Shown here piece by piece: positions 1-13,073 of a stretch of 64,000 nt of DNA. Numbering within the stretch: the stretch's first letter is position 1; the number at the start of each line of letters is the position of its first letter. The notes below the pieces were generated by a model, which was not told where the DNA came from, did not search any database, and saw only the letters and a list, made by a program, of their open reading frames with translations. Source of the stretch: Octopus sinensis (Eukaryota); contig NC_043012.1 of the NCBI RefSeq assembly GCF_006345805.1, positions 43,896,001-43,960,000 on the forward strand, given 5' to 3'. Made by a program: the position numbers and the translations under genes.

Positions 1-239
1 TGGTTAAATCCCAGCCTGTACTTTTTCTAACGAGGCATAAGATGTGTTTCCTAAAAACGCCAGCTTGTATGTTTAGCGTATATATATCATATCATATCAT
101 ATCATATGTATACGCGTATATATATATATATTTTTTATTTATTTATTTATTTTATTTATTTTATTTAATTTATATTAAAATTTTATGTATTGATTAAGTC
201 TTTTCTTGTTTGGTTTTAAAATAGTGGTTTTGTCTCGAA

Positions 240-293
<54 letters not shown>

Positions 294-298
294 ATATA

Positions 299-1160
299 CA
301 GGGTGCCCAAAAAAATGTATACGCACTTTAACAGCTGATTACTGATTTAAATTACATTTCTTCTTAAATTTAACCTGATTACTTCTGTAATCAAGGAAGC
401 CAGACCAAGCTTTGAGCGAAGGAAATTTGTTCTAAAATGCTACTAGAAAATTTGAAAACGCAGTTGAAGTGCAACGACATGGCTTACCATCACTATTATT
501 CCAAATAGATTTGAAATAGATGGAACTGGTCTGAATGTTCACAAAAATATGTTCCGGAAGACTGCCGTCATCGACAATTTCCACATGGCATGAAATGATA
601 CGGAAAACATATTGCTAGAATTCAAGAAAATCCGAGCTGCGTGTCATGAGATGAGAATTACAGAGCTGTCATTGAAGTGCGGTCATTGGGAAAGTTACAT
701 TCTAAAAACAACCCATGTTCTTAATGAAGACGATCCGAACCGAAGGTTGGGATATTACAAGTGATACTTGGAAAAATGTCTAAAAGATGCATATTTTCCA
801 ACAATGAATGTCTGGAGTGATGAAATTACATTTTAATTAAATGTCTCAACCACCAAAATTGCACTTACTAGAGACATGAAAATCTGCAGATCACGGAAGA
901 ATGTAATATTTATTCATCATGAGATACAGTTTGGTGTGGCTTATCTTCAAAAGGGATCATTCTTCTTTCAATTTAGTGTGACTGGTTCCATTTACTTGAA
1001 CTTGCTGCAACATTCTGTCAGGAGGACTTCGAAGATGTAGAGCTTTATTTTCAGCAAGATAAGGCACCCCCACACTACTAGGTAAGAGAATTTCTGCCGC
1101 CTTCAACTGACCAAATACCACTAGTTTTCTTTTTTAATGGTGATACTCAGAAGATAAAAA
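299..1160 (+). mobile_element. Decayed Tc1/mariner-superfamily DNA transposon (DD41D/rosa-like)
   Basis: Starts TA|CAGGGTGCCC after a TA tract. Broken frames give HVLNEDDPNRR, WSDE..F.LN, VWCGLSSKGII and YFQQDKAPPHY, typical of this transposase group; many stops and frameshifts. Confidence 0.7.
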
Positions 1161-1164
1161 AATA

Positions 1165-2480
1165 TGGTTCAAAACCGACAACAGACGACGAACCATAGGT
1201 AAGGGACCATTTTCAACAGACACAGCGTTAGAGTCTCGTTCAGCTGTGCCCCCAATATTAAGAGCATCTTAGCGCCGCTAGGACACAGGAAGAGGCACGA
1301 TGTTCATGCAGGGACGGCAACAGATGCCCCTGCGAAACCAAAGGGGTCGTCTATGAAGGCGAAGTACGAGCAAACCCTAGCAATACTACCGGTAGAATCA
1401 GTAGCAACCGTAGATACGAGAACGGAACCAGCAACACCGCCACCATCGTCACAGTTAACAACATTAGCAGCAATAACAACAACAGCACCAGTTACAACAC
1501 TGGCAGTTCCGCGACGGCTCGACAGCAGTAAGAACAACAGCAGCTTCGCCATCAGCAGCAGCATTACCAACAACTTCCCTATCGTCAACAGCAACAGACC
1601 TGGCAGTCCCTACAGCAGCAGCAACAGGTCCAGTGCCATCGCCAGCAATAACGGCAATAATGGCAGCAATAGCAACAGCATCATCATCATCAGCAGCAGC
1701 AGCAGCAGCGGCGACGGTGACCCTAGCAGAAACACCAGCGGAACCACAGCTAATGGCACCCCTTGCAGCAATTGCAACTCTCCCACTAGTGACGAGGACC
1801 ACAATAGCAACAACGTAAGGTGCCTTCCCCATAACCGGCAGTGACGATACCATTACCGACGCCACCAGCACCTCCAGCGCCGTCGACACTAGCATTCCCA
1901 GCTCCAACAACAACGATGTCGGTGGCAGCACCGACAACACACGCCCACAGAGATACACTCGAATTTCCGAGAACTCTTTCAAGCAGCGTCACTCCAACCT
2001 CAAGTTGCTTCTTTAGAGTTCAGGAAAGGAGATACGTAGCATCACTGGCCAACCACATCTGGCAACTAAGAAACGATGGGATTCCATACTAGATCGCATG
2101 GAAAATCCTCGAGAACTCAGGCCCCTAGATCAACGGGACGAAACGTTGCAAGTTATGCATAGCTGAACGCGCGAGAATCCTAAAGGACTCACTCGAAGCA
2201 GGAAACTTCCTTAACTCCAGAACGGAGATATTCGGGCCATGTTTATATTTCAAGAAGTTTCTGCTAGCTTTTTGGAGCCCACAAGATAGGGGCACAGCCG
2301 GAAGACGATGGCCAATAGCAAAAAGAGATAATCCCTAAATTCTACCTTTGAGTTGTGAGGCATTTCTTCCTCCGTATTTTTGATAAGTTATGGGCTAACA
2401 GGGTTTTGGCATCTGACGATACGCCATAAAGCTAAACACTTTATGGGCGGGAAACCTAAGTTAATCCCAGAAACCAGCCT
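1165..2480 (+). mobile_element. Penelope-like element, 3' part (GIY-YIG endonuclease plus terminal repeat), decayed
   Basis: Translated fragments TIFNRHSVRVSFSCAPNIKSILA, CSCRDGNRCP..CETKGVVYEGEV, YTRISENSFKQRH, SLANHIWQLRNDGIPY and NGTKRCKLCIAERARIL..FLNSRTEIFGPC match the PLE linker and GIY-YIG C-terminus. Confidence 0.8.
2402..2475 (+). ncRNA. Degenerate type I hammerhead-like motif downstream of PLE ORF
   Basis: CTGACGA (2413-2419), long stem II (CGCCATAAAG/CTTTATGGGCG), GAAAC (2451-2455), GTT; stem I only partly paired (GGTTTT/AGAAACC). Confidence 0.5.
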
Positions 2481-2507
2481 TCTCTATTTTTAATATATAT
2501 ATATATA

Positions 2508-2535
2508 CTAGCAGAGTTACCCGGCGTTGCCCGAT
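2508..2535 (-). mobile_element. Helitron 3' end stub
   Basis: On the minus strand a CGGGCAACGCCGGG hairpin remnant precedes CTAG|T; near-identical to the 3' end at 10538-10565. Confidence 0.6.
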
Positions 2536-3689
2536 TTACATTCAATTGAAGAATTAGACTTTTCTGTTATATTTTCTGTAATGAATTGGAATATCTATGT
2601 TTCGCATTTCATCAATATATGTTCACTGGGTTTGTAAAAGAGTGCAAAGCTACAGGAAACCAAAAGACGAATGATCACAGTAAGCAGTCAGCTACAGTAC
2701 CCTAGTCGTTACCACTCCCAATGTAGTATTCCTCGCCATCCAGGTGACAGGCACAGCCGTAAGATGCATTACGAATCTATAGCAATTGGAAGGGCGTAGC
2801 CCAACTGAAATAAACATTAACAACTGTGTGACGTGAGGGCTAAGGAGAAATGAAAGCTGGAGTTTGCAAATGACCACTATAAAATGTACTCTCCTTGTAC
2901 AGTTTCATATAGTTGGATTTTTCCATGCTTTAGGTGGGTTTCGTAGATAAAGACCATGGTTAAATGGACTTCGTATATGTGTGTGTAACCACGTGTGTTG
3001 CTTGAGTAATAAATTTTTAACCTCATTTAATAAGACATAGAATTGATCTGTGATATACTCTCTAGTACGGTCACCCGGAATTTATCACAAATACAAGGTT
3101 GGAGTCCTCTGGGAGGAACTGTTTTCTTTCTATATTTTCAAAGTTCCTAGTTTTGTCCCCATGTCGAAGTAAATTGTGCTGTTTTACAAATAACTAGAAA
3201 GATAAAAGAAAAACAAGCAACAGACAAACTACTCGTAGTTTTCCTCCTGGAAAAGACAGATATGGTATTGTCTTCCAGCTTCATAGGCGAAAGGTGACAC
3301 GCTTAATTAATATCCTTCAAACATTTAAAAAAAAAAACTAGAAGTTATTGTACAACTATACTGTCTCAGTAAAAGTTCTTTTTATCTAAACCATCTTTTC
3401 CTTCTTTTTCTCTCTGTGGCTTTCTCTCTCTTTCTCTCTCCCTCTCTCTTTCCCTCTCTATCTGTCTCACTATCTTTGACTGTTTGTCTATATACATTTG
3501 TGTGTGTGTGCATGTGTGTCTTTCCCTCTTTCACCATTCTCACATCCGATGCTGGGAATAGCTTTGTCAAAGTAATTTTACATCGTTGCATTAGGAACTA
3601 TGATGCTCATGCTATTCTCTCATGTTTCTGGGTCAAGTCAAATGCTAAACAGTTCAACTACTGTTCAACGTGTGTGTGTATACATACAT

Positions 3690-3721
3690 AGTTATAATAT
3701 ATATATATATATATATGTACG

Positions 3722-3785
<64 letters not shown>

Positions 3786-3860
3786 TATAATATATGAATA
3801 TATAAAATATATACACATGTATATACATATACACACACACATGTATATATACACACACAC

Positions 3861-3912
<52 letters not shown>

Positions 3913-3960
3913 TGTGTAAATATATATGAATTTTATATATACGTATATATATAGGTGTGT
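3690..3960. repeat. (TA)n/(CA)n compound microsatellite
   Basis: Long interrupted TA runs; source of the YIYI ORFs. Confidence 0.95.
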
Positions 3961-4499
3961 GTGTGTATGTAATATATACACATGTATATACATACATATA
4001 AACATATATAAGCGCGCGAATATGTATGTATATGTATGTGTTTGTATGTATGTGTTCTAGAATGCTTACAACATGTCTGGACCAAGCAGGCGCACCATAG
4101 ATACACTACATGATGTCAAATGTCTCTAGTGTATCAAATTTAATATTTCACAACTTATACTGAGATGCTTTGTTCTTATACTTTCTACTCCGAACTTTTC
4201 ATCTTTACTCAACAGTAACAATATTAAGCTATTTTATTCTTACGGGAGAACTTATAATCTTTCTCCGTCAAACCAACACACTACATCTGTTTCCAATTCG
4301 TTCTTTATTCTTATCCGCATGAGATTGCTTTCAGTGCTTCGTCCAGAATAGAACTCAGCGTTAGCGACCTAACAGGAACTATTAATTCAATGGGTTTAAC
4401 TTTTATAACTTTTATTCATATAGGAACTCTAAATCTGTCAAAATTACAAATATGTTAATGCACTCAGTGAAGAAACCATCCCCATGACGGTCAATTAGT

Positions 4500-5085
4500 T
4501 CCTGATGATAAGCCTCTGAAAAGTTTCCTGTTGCTTTTTGATGTAAAGTTTTTGTTGGTGGTGTTCTGGAAACTGGGGTCAGTTGTTCTTTTTAGTTGAG
4601 TTTAGTTTTTCCTTCTCACACCTCATCAAAAGCGCACCAGGCTAATCGCATCATGAGAAAATCTTACATTGTTTCAGGCAGATCCAGCTGGTTTCGTTAA
4701 ACATTTCCTAGTCTGAGATGAAAGTTTGCTTCACCAATTTGAGCCAGGGGCAAAGAGACAATCCATGCAATGGAAATACAACTCTTCACCTGCTCCAAAG
4801 AAGGCCAAAGTCGTTTCATTTGCAGGGGAGGTGATGGCCTCACTTTTTGAGGATGCAAAAAGTATTGTGTTTATTCACTATCTTCAAAAGGGCCACGCCA
4901 TCAAAGGAAAGTACGGTGCCAACTTGCTGAGACAAGTACGAAGGGCTATTAAGACTAAATGTCCAAGAAAACCGGCGAAAGAGGTCTTGTTTCATCAGGT
5001 CAGTGCTTCAGCACACAAGTCATTGGCTTCCATGGCTGCTGTGCGTGACTGTGGCTTTGAACTGGTTTAGCTCCATCCTATTATC
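4500..5085 (+). mobile_element. Mariner transposase fragment
   Basis: ORF 4726-5070: HQFEPGAKRQSMQWK..SPAPKKAK..AGEVMASLF.D..LFHQ.SASAHKS, the mariner catalytic region; truncated. Confidence 0.85.
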
Positions 5086-6089
5086 ATTTGTTGTGTTTTG
5101 GTATCATTGCAGCATCATTTTATGTTGTGTTTAGTGTCATTGGAGTATAATTGCGTGTGGTAGCCATTTTGGATATGAAAAGGCAAAATCGACCTCGGCG
5201 GGATTTGAAGATGTAAAAGACTGTAACTATAACGGAAGGCATTCTGTCTGGCGATAGCAAAACACATAAGTATTGTGGACAGATACGTTTATACATACCA
5301 TTACAATGTATGAATTTGAGTAAGAATCACTGACTTGTTCTAATTGCGTTGAAAGTGACTTCGCATTTCTTTGGTCAATAAAGTATGAGACAGCCATATA
5401 TTTGATACACAAATGTATGGCTGTCGTTGACTGCCAAAAAGAATTATGAAAATTGTGTCTGTTAAGCAGATTGTTTATAATTTCACAGCACTAAAGACTA
5501 TGCTAGTTTTATTCTCATTCATCATAAACAGCTACATATGCCCGCAGAAGGGGAGCAACAAATTAAATGGACGACAACAGTTTCGCAGGATTAATTATTC
5601 TGACAGTGGAAAAATAGCGTTACACAGATTTCAATGCTGTTATATTCAGGAATGAATAAATCAATTTTGATAGCTTTACATGTTACGTGCATGTAAACAA
5701 TCTTTTTGATTGTTTTTGCATGAAACCCAAGTTAATGAGTGCATGTGGAACAATACATTGCAATTTTGAGTCTATTCGTATCTGGTATAATTGTAACGTG
5801 CTTTCTAAATTAAATGTAAAAACTTATAAGCCTCGTTAGTTACTGGACGGACATACGATTTAGCATTGGGTGATATAAATTACTCCTTTTACAATTCGAT
5901 ATAAGACGTAATCAATTTATTTTTGATCTTGCACTTTTAGGTTTCAAGACAAAACAATATTCATATCAAGACTAAGTATGCCGCTTATAAACACAGAATA
6001 AATTATATGCAATGAAGTGTGTACAGATATGTGTGTATGTTAACTGTAGGCATATAGTTATACATATATATAAAACTGTGTATGCATTT

Positions 6090-6254
6090 TTCTATGTATA
6101 TATATATATATACATACATATATATATACATGCATACATATATATATATATATATATGCATGTATGTATGTATGTATATATACACACACATATATATATA
6201 TATACATATATATATACATATATATATATATACATATATATTATTATATATATA

Positions 6255-6326
<72 letters not shown>

Positions 6327-6339
6327 ATATATATATACA

Positions 6340-6400
<61 letters not shown>
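6090..6400. repeat. (TA)n microsatellite
   Basis: Direct inspection. Confidence 0.95.
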
Positions 6401-7200
6401 GTATAGTCTTATACAAGAATGTTGTTAACAGTGTCTTCGGATTTTCGGCCAACTACGGCGGACTACGATTCTTTGTATTTAGTTTTGTCTTTATACACTC
6501 TCTGTTTGAGTTAAAATCATCTTTGAGTGTGTAGGTTTGAGTGGGGTGGTATTGTTGAGCATCAATATTTTTCAACGAAACAAATCAAAAATGAGCGTAT
6601 GTTTATCTGTAGAACTTAATAGTATGGATGTATATTGTATGTGATAACAATAATGAAATGAGTAGGTGCAAATTACATGCATGCGCCTGTCTTTCTGAAA
6701 TTTAAACTATACTGCATGTGATTCAGTAATGTGAGAGGCTTCTAAAACTAATTTACGCCTCAAGCTCAGTAGTACAGTATTACAGCAACAAACTTTGCCA
6801 TGGGTTTGCTGATGTAATAAATAATGTTTATCATAACGAAGCAAATTAAATGCTTTACAATACATCATTTTACATGATGAGTAAACATTCCGATTTTAAA
6901 CTTAACTGCGAGGGAGTGGGGCATATATCTTTCACCCCACGAATTCGAAACAATAACTGCCACAAATGTTATTAAGAGTTCATGCAATCAACTGTAACAC
7001 CGTTCTAAAAAGATTTATTCTAAAATGAATGATACTTTGTCAGACATTAAGGGGTATGCTCAATTGGTCAAGCAACTGACAAACAAATCTGCGGCTGGAT
7101 ATTTGTCTTTTATACCAAGACAAAACAATGTACATGATAACACTTCCAATCAGTTATGAACAGACTCATGAGAGCCACTGCCTGGTATCGCAATTATTAT

Positions 7201-7435
7201 TATTCTTTTATTCTTTTATTTGTTTCAGTCATTTGACTGCGGCTATGCTGGAGCACCGCCTTTAGTCGAACAATTCGACCCCAGGACTTATTCTTTGTAA
7301 GCCTAGTACTTATTCTACCGGTTCCTTTTGCCGAACCGCCAAGTGACGGGGACATAAACACATCAACATCGGTTGTCAAGCGATGATGGAGGACAAACAC
7401 AGATACATAAACACACACAAACACACACACACACA

Positions 7436-7511
<76 letters not shown>

Positions 7512-7668
7512 CGACAGGCTTCTTTCAGTTTCCGTCTACCAAATCCAATCACAAGGCTTTGGTCGGCCCGAGGCTATAGTACAAGACACTTGCCCAAGGT
7601 GTCACGCAATAGGACTGAACCCGGAACCATGTGGTTGGCAAGCAAACTACTTACCACACAGCCACTGC
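7201..7668 (-). mobile_element. tRNA-derived SINE family A (internal microsatellite)
   Basis: Minus-strand head with A-box TGGCTGTGTGG and B-box-like GGTTCAGTCC; internal (CA)n(TA)n; collinear with copies at 25226, 33039, 38906, 59851 and 60676. Confidence 0.9.
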
Positions 7669-7692
7669 TTATTATCATATTTATCATCATCG

Positions 7693-7726
<34 letters not shown>

Positions 7727-7839
7727 TGTATCCATTTGTAAACTCCCATTAGAATGCTTGACAAGCAAGATATATAGTGTTGTATGCAATGTAATTATTG
7801 CAGGAAATGTACTAAAATTAATAACTGAAACTACTTACC

Positions 7840-7848
7840 CATGTGCGT

Positions 7849-7906
<58 letters not shown>

Positions 7907-8015
7907 GAGTGTGTGTGCGTGTGTGTGTGTGTGTATATGTGTGTGTGCGTGTGCGTGTGTGTGCGTGTGCGTGTATGTGCGTGTGTGTGTGTGCGTGTGT
8001 GTGTGTGCGTGCGTG

Positions 8016-8059
<44 letters not shown>

Positions 8060-8060
8060 T
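7840..8060. repeat. (TG)n microsatellite
   Basis: Direct inspection. Confidence 0.95.
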
Positions 8061-8152
8061 ATGCGAGTGTAATTAACAGCGACAGAAGCAGTGTTAATAG
8101 TAAAAGGTAACATTTATCCCCCGCTTAACAGTGACTGTTGTATTAGAATAGC

Positions 8153-8486
8153 AAATACTGCATTATTTGCCATGAGAGAACCTCTCATGTGGACGTTTGT
8201 GATTTCGGCTTCTTTCGCAATTAATTATTTTTTAATAAGCCCACTGGTTATTTGCAACGCCAGTGCCTAAATAGACACTGGGGTTCTATGTATATATCTG
8301 ACGGAGATATCGCTACTATCACTAGACACGAATGTCTACCATTTCGAGGAAGGTCGAAATCACATGATCTGATAGCACAGGCGGCGGTAGTAGACGAGTA
8401 TTTCCCGCGAGCGATATAAACACGAGTGCTTATATGCATGACAGATCCATATGAAAGGTTCACTCATGGTAAATAATGCAGTATTT
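8153..8486. mobile_element. Inverted-repeat (fold-back/MITE-like) element
   Basis: About 40-bp imperfect arms, AAATACTGCATTATTTGCCATGAGAGAACCTCTCATGTGGA and TCCATATGAAAGGTTCACTCATGGTAAATAATGCAGTATTT; a degenerate hammerhead-like remnant lies at 8316-8375. Confidence 0.7.
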
Positions 8487-9249
8487 TGTGACCTAACACA
8501 ACATCCATTTTTAAGTGGGGATAAGCATTACCTTTTTGTTTTAATACTGCTTCGGTCGCTATATGAATGCATTTTGTATTTTGTATGTATGCATGCACAT
8601 ATTTAAGCATGTGTGTGTGTATGTATGTATGTATGTATGTATGTATGTATGTATGTATGTATGTATCTATGTATGTATGTATGCATGTATGTATGTATGT
8701 ATGTATGTATGTATGTATGTATGCGTCTGTGGAATTCTTCATCAGTATTTGGATAAATGCGTATGTGTTATGACAGATTAGATGGCCAGTCATATAATCA
8801 CTGAAGTAGGATATTGTTGGTATTGTTTTGTCACATCGATGATAATTGAGGTAAGCATCTTGTCTCTCACATTGAAATGGTGAAGGTGCCGAAGGAAAGT
8901 TTGTTTCTTGCTGTGATGGGGCAAAAGAAGGCCATCTATCTTCACGTTAAAAGCATTCTTTTAACCCTGAGTCAATCTGGTCAAGGATAGAAGAATGTCT
9001 TTTGTCGTTTGCAATTGGAATACAAACTTCTGAATAAACTCTCTGACTTAGCTTATATTGTAAAGCTAAAAAGATTGTTTAATGAGACAGGGGTCGGTAG
9101 CGTAGAACAGATTTTTTTTGCTTGAGCGCATATGAGCAGTTGATAACAAATTGACACTAAGAACAGTGAGTAAACAAGCTGAGTTCTACAATATATGAAG
9201 ATCAAATCTTAGCAGGGTTTCCATTTATACCACTCGGTCTATATTCTAT

Positions 9250-10150
9250 AATATCGCATTCTATCATAAACTAATTTTCTAAGCAAAAATGTTTGGTCCG
9301 AAGCTATTGACGAAGCATCTTTTACCTGGTTTGCAACCTACGGGTTGCTTATTCAAAAGAAAGCTTTGGATATAGCAAAACATCGATGCCACTCGGCTTT
9401 TTAGACCAGTATCACATGTATGAGTCAATTTCGTGTTCGCTACGAGATAACAGTCCAAGCTTTCTATGGTGAAGTGGTTGAAGTTCAGTACAGAAAAAAA
9501 AACTGAGTGGAAATAAAAGTAAAAAAGAAAAAAGCGTTATTTCGTTTAAAAAAAAAACACATATGAGGCTAGTGTTTTTTATCAGTAGTTACATCGCACT
9601 CTCTCACCCAAAAGAGACAGAGAAGCAAAGGAGTTAAAACAACACTTGTTTGTAGCAGCGCGATGTGAACTGAGAAATTACGTTACTTTCTCAGAAGATC
9701 AAGAACGCCAAGATACTTTTAAAATGTAAAGTGTTTTACAGTAGATATGACGGCAAAAAAATGTTGCATCATGAGAGTTATTTGCCACTTGGTTAACTAA
9801 ACAGAGCAAGAAAATAAAGACAAAACGGAAAATCTTACTATTGCTAGACAATTGTTCAACACAGTATCATCCGTCAACTGTTGGATCCAGCAAAAGTTTT
9901 TTCTTAGTCCCATTAAATCCATTATAGAAAAAAAACAACATGCGAAAAAGCTGCTTTTTTCTATGAAAAATGAGAGATGTTGATGTTAAACGAGTGATTC
10001 ACGTGATAGCAGCAACATGGTAGAAAATGAAAAACAAAACAACTGAGGATGTTCGTGTCTTGGTTTTATAGAATGTGATTAAGAACTTCAGCTGTTGAGG
10101 AACTCAGTTACAGCTATAAAATATGTTCAATAGGATGTAAGCTTTGAGAC
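9250..10150 (+). mobile_element. pogo/Tigger-like transposase relic
   Basis: Broken frames read LIQKKALDIAK (CENP-B-type HTH) and FATWL...KRKILLLLDNCST (DDE_1 motif); heavily decayed. Confidence 0.65.
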
Positions 10151-10537
10151 ATTTATTACTGCAGATGACTGTTAGTTTCACAGTAGCGAGATAACGAAAG
10201 CGTTGTTTGCAGACCCACTAAGTTTTCTCGGTTGAATTTTTGCTTCTGTCACCAACTCGGAGTATCTTTGAGAAAAGCCGGTCAAGCTTCTATACGTGGT
10301 GTCCGATACTATGACTGTGACATCGTCCGCATATGCCAACACAGTTTTCACATCTAAACAGTTCTGATAGATGGCAAGTCACCCTAACCACCAAGCAGAT
10401 GGTTACCTAGAGGCTTTCAAACAAGACCAAACAAAATTTCAGACGGCCAACTTGTCTTGGAGGAATGGTTGGCTTTATAACAAAATGGTACCCCAAAGGC
10501 CAAAAGTCATTTTCTTCATGACAGCAAAATTTAACAA

Positions 10538-11829
10538 CTAGCTGAGTTACCCGGCGTTGCTCGGGATTAAAATGGCATGATCTGTATATATATTACAGTT
10601 ATGTTGAAACATGTGTTACGGGAATGTGCAGCATTGCCGACAAAACATTGGTGAAGTAAATGATGCGCTAAGCGCTATGTCATTCGTTCCTTTGGAGTAT
10701 TACAGGGCCTAACCTGTCATGGAAAATTGGAGGTGGGGTATGTGATTTTTGAACGCACCGAAGAGCTGTCAGCGGATATACTCTCCTTTGCGGCAGTCGG
10801 CGCTGCGTCTAACACAACCCAATGTTACCGCCTTCGGGTTTGTTGTCCTACATCACTCATAAGGTAAATTTGGAGGAACTGTGGTTGTTCATTTGTGGGT
10901 AACAGGGAACCAATGAGGTAGTAGGCTTGCCCTTGAACATTGAACGTCGGCGTAAATCCATGTTCAACTATCTCCTTAGATGCACCAAACGATGTCATTT
11001 GAAATGCAGAGCTGCATTGTTTGATATTGTTCAGAAAATCCTTTGACTGGATGGAGGTGCTTTCCAGAAGATCTATAAGAGGTTGAGGAGGTGCTGGTAG
11101 TGCTGGCTATCTTACCTTAGCGCCTGAGCAGCGCATGCCATTAGTTTCATTTAGACATTTTAAAGCTTTGCAGAAACGACAATTTTAGTTTAGCACACCG
11201 ATTTGAACAAAATTATCATTTTTATGAGAATGGGGTGGATCATATCCGAAAGCAGATCCAGGAGTTATGAAGAACGAATTTGTACGTAGTCTGTTTCTGA
11301 GAGCTATTCTATTGGACCTCTGTCTAATCATTAAAACGTTGTTTTAATGATTGAACTGCAACATAGCTTTGCTGATCTTGGGGAGTCTCATCCCCCTTCT
11401 GTATTGAAATTCCATCTGACATGCTGCAGCATGCCTTATTTCAGATATGATAGAAATAAGATGATTTTAGGATTAAGGTTTTAGGGTTAGGGTTAGGGTT
11501 GGGGTTTTAGGGTTAGAGTTACGGAAAAATGAAAACTGAAGAAATTGGAGGGGTAGGGTAGGGAGCAAAAAAGTCTTTCCGAAAATAGTAGCTGAAAAAC
11601 AGGAAACAAAACTAAAAGCAGTAGAAATGCACGAACAAAATATACACCACCGAAAGTTGTTGTTGATAAACAGCAGTAATTGATTGGTTGAAATTACCGA
11701 AATACAACTTCTACACGAAATGACTTCGTAAAAAGATGTTTTATATGACACATTCTACCAGTATACGAAGTTTGAAAGTGTTTAGTTACAAAAAATTATT
11801 TTCTAAATCTGCCAGTCAAGAGGTAAAGA
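10538..11829 (-). mobile_element. Complete non-autonomous Helitron with Rep fragment
   Basis: Minus strand begins A|TC at 11829 and ends with a CCCGAGCAACGCCGGG hairpin then CTAG|T at 10538. Internal translation PQPLIDLL..DFLNNIKQCSSAFQMTSFGA..GFTPTFNVQGQAYYLIGSLLP..PQFLQIY matches the Helitron RepHel N-terminal region. Confidence 0.85.
11481..11512 (+). repeat. Telomere-like (TTAGGG)n tract inside Helitron
   Basis: TTAGGGTTAGGGTTAGGGTTGGGGTTTTAGGG: five G-runs. Confidence 0.85.
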
Positions 11830-11839
11830 TCCTAAAATT

Positions 11840-12812
11840 TTTTTAACTAAGACTCAGAAAATAAAATTTGTGTCCATAAAATAACGTGAATATCAAGTTA
11901 GAATTGGATACAGGAAGTGATATCACGATAATTAATACAGACGCATGGAGAAAATAGGGAAACCTAGATTAAAGGAAACTTCGAAAATTGTGCGAGGTGT
12001 TTCAGGAAAAAAATTGCATTTTAGGCACGAAATGTTAAATGATGTTTCATTTCGTGGAAAAACTTTGAAATCCAAAGTTTTTGTGTTGAAAAATACGACA
12101 AATTTATTTGGAACAGATTGGATTGAACTAGTTAACTTATGGGACCTACCCATAAATATTTTTTGTACGAATGCGAATGGTTATTCTGCCAGTACAAATA
12201 ATGCGTCGGAGTATTTAAAAAAATAATTTTTTAAAAATTTTCCTGAAGTTCTTTCTGAGAAATTGGGTCTTGCACCAAAACAGAGGCAAAGTTTCAAGTG
12301 AAAGAAAACGCTATACCGGTGTTTAAACCAAAAAGAACAATACCTTTCGCAGCCTTGAAACAAGTGAACGAAGAGATGGATAGACTTCAAAAGCTTAGCG
12401 TGATTGAAAAAATTGATTACACAAATTGGGCGTCCCCTACAGTCTATGTCAAGAAAAAAAAAAGATAAAATCCGAGTTTGCGCTGATTTCTCAACGGGAT
12501 TAAACAAATGTTTGATGCCATATAATTAGCCGTTACCAAGTCCGGAAGAAAGTTTCGCGAAGTTGAATGGAGGAAAATTATTTTCAAAGTTGGACCTACC
12601 TGAAGCATATTTGCAGGTAGAAGTCGATGAGGAATGTTCAAAATTATTGACAATAAATACCCATAAAGGGTTGTATAAATTTGGTATAAAGGTAGCACCT
12701 GGCATTTTCTAACATTATGCTCGCAGGTTCGGATTTCGTTGTAGCTTACGTTGACGACATATTCATAAAAAGTAAATCTCGAGGTCAGCATGCTAAACAT
12801 GTTAAAAAGGTC
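11840..12812 (+). mobile_element. Ty3/Gypsy pol remnant (protease plus N-terminal RT)
   Basis: VNIKLELDTGSDITII (aspartic protease), then NWASPTVYVKK..IRVCADFSTGLN, FSKLDL.EAYLQV, TINTHKGLY and YVDDI; breaks off about 15 codons after YVDD. Confidence 0.9.
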
Positions 12813-13073
12813 AGGTCACTCTTGGACGTTACTGGTAAGGTGTAATCCAGTACAATATGTCGCACTGATCAGGTCGCTTTTTGGAGCGCTATTGGTAGCA
12901 TGTAATCCAGTAGAACCCATTGCATGCACGGGGAGATCGAGAAATTGGTTAAAGTTGGTAGAGGTCGGCAGCCAAATTACCACCAGTAAGATACTTATCA
13001 TGTCCTGTGAAAAGGCGGCAAATCGGCAGAAGTCGTTGAAGAGTTTTGCACTAAAGTAGGTTCGAGCGAAAAG

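Noticed and set aside
1304-1992. Mucin-like or membrane host protein from overlapping low-complexity ORFs
   Set aside because: Trinucleotide-rich sequence is open in several frames and is embedded between PLE GIY-YIG motifs.
4502-4530. Hammerhead at CTGATGA..GAAA
   Set aside because: No stem II pairing; more likely part of the mariner end.
8771-8856. Plus-strand exon ending at GAG|GTAAGC
   Set aside because: An isolated donor-like word with no good acceptor, homology or partner exon.
11481-11512. Chromosome end or fusion scar
   Set aside because: Only about five degenerate units, inside a Helitron, with a counterpart in another repeat at about 16915.
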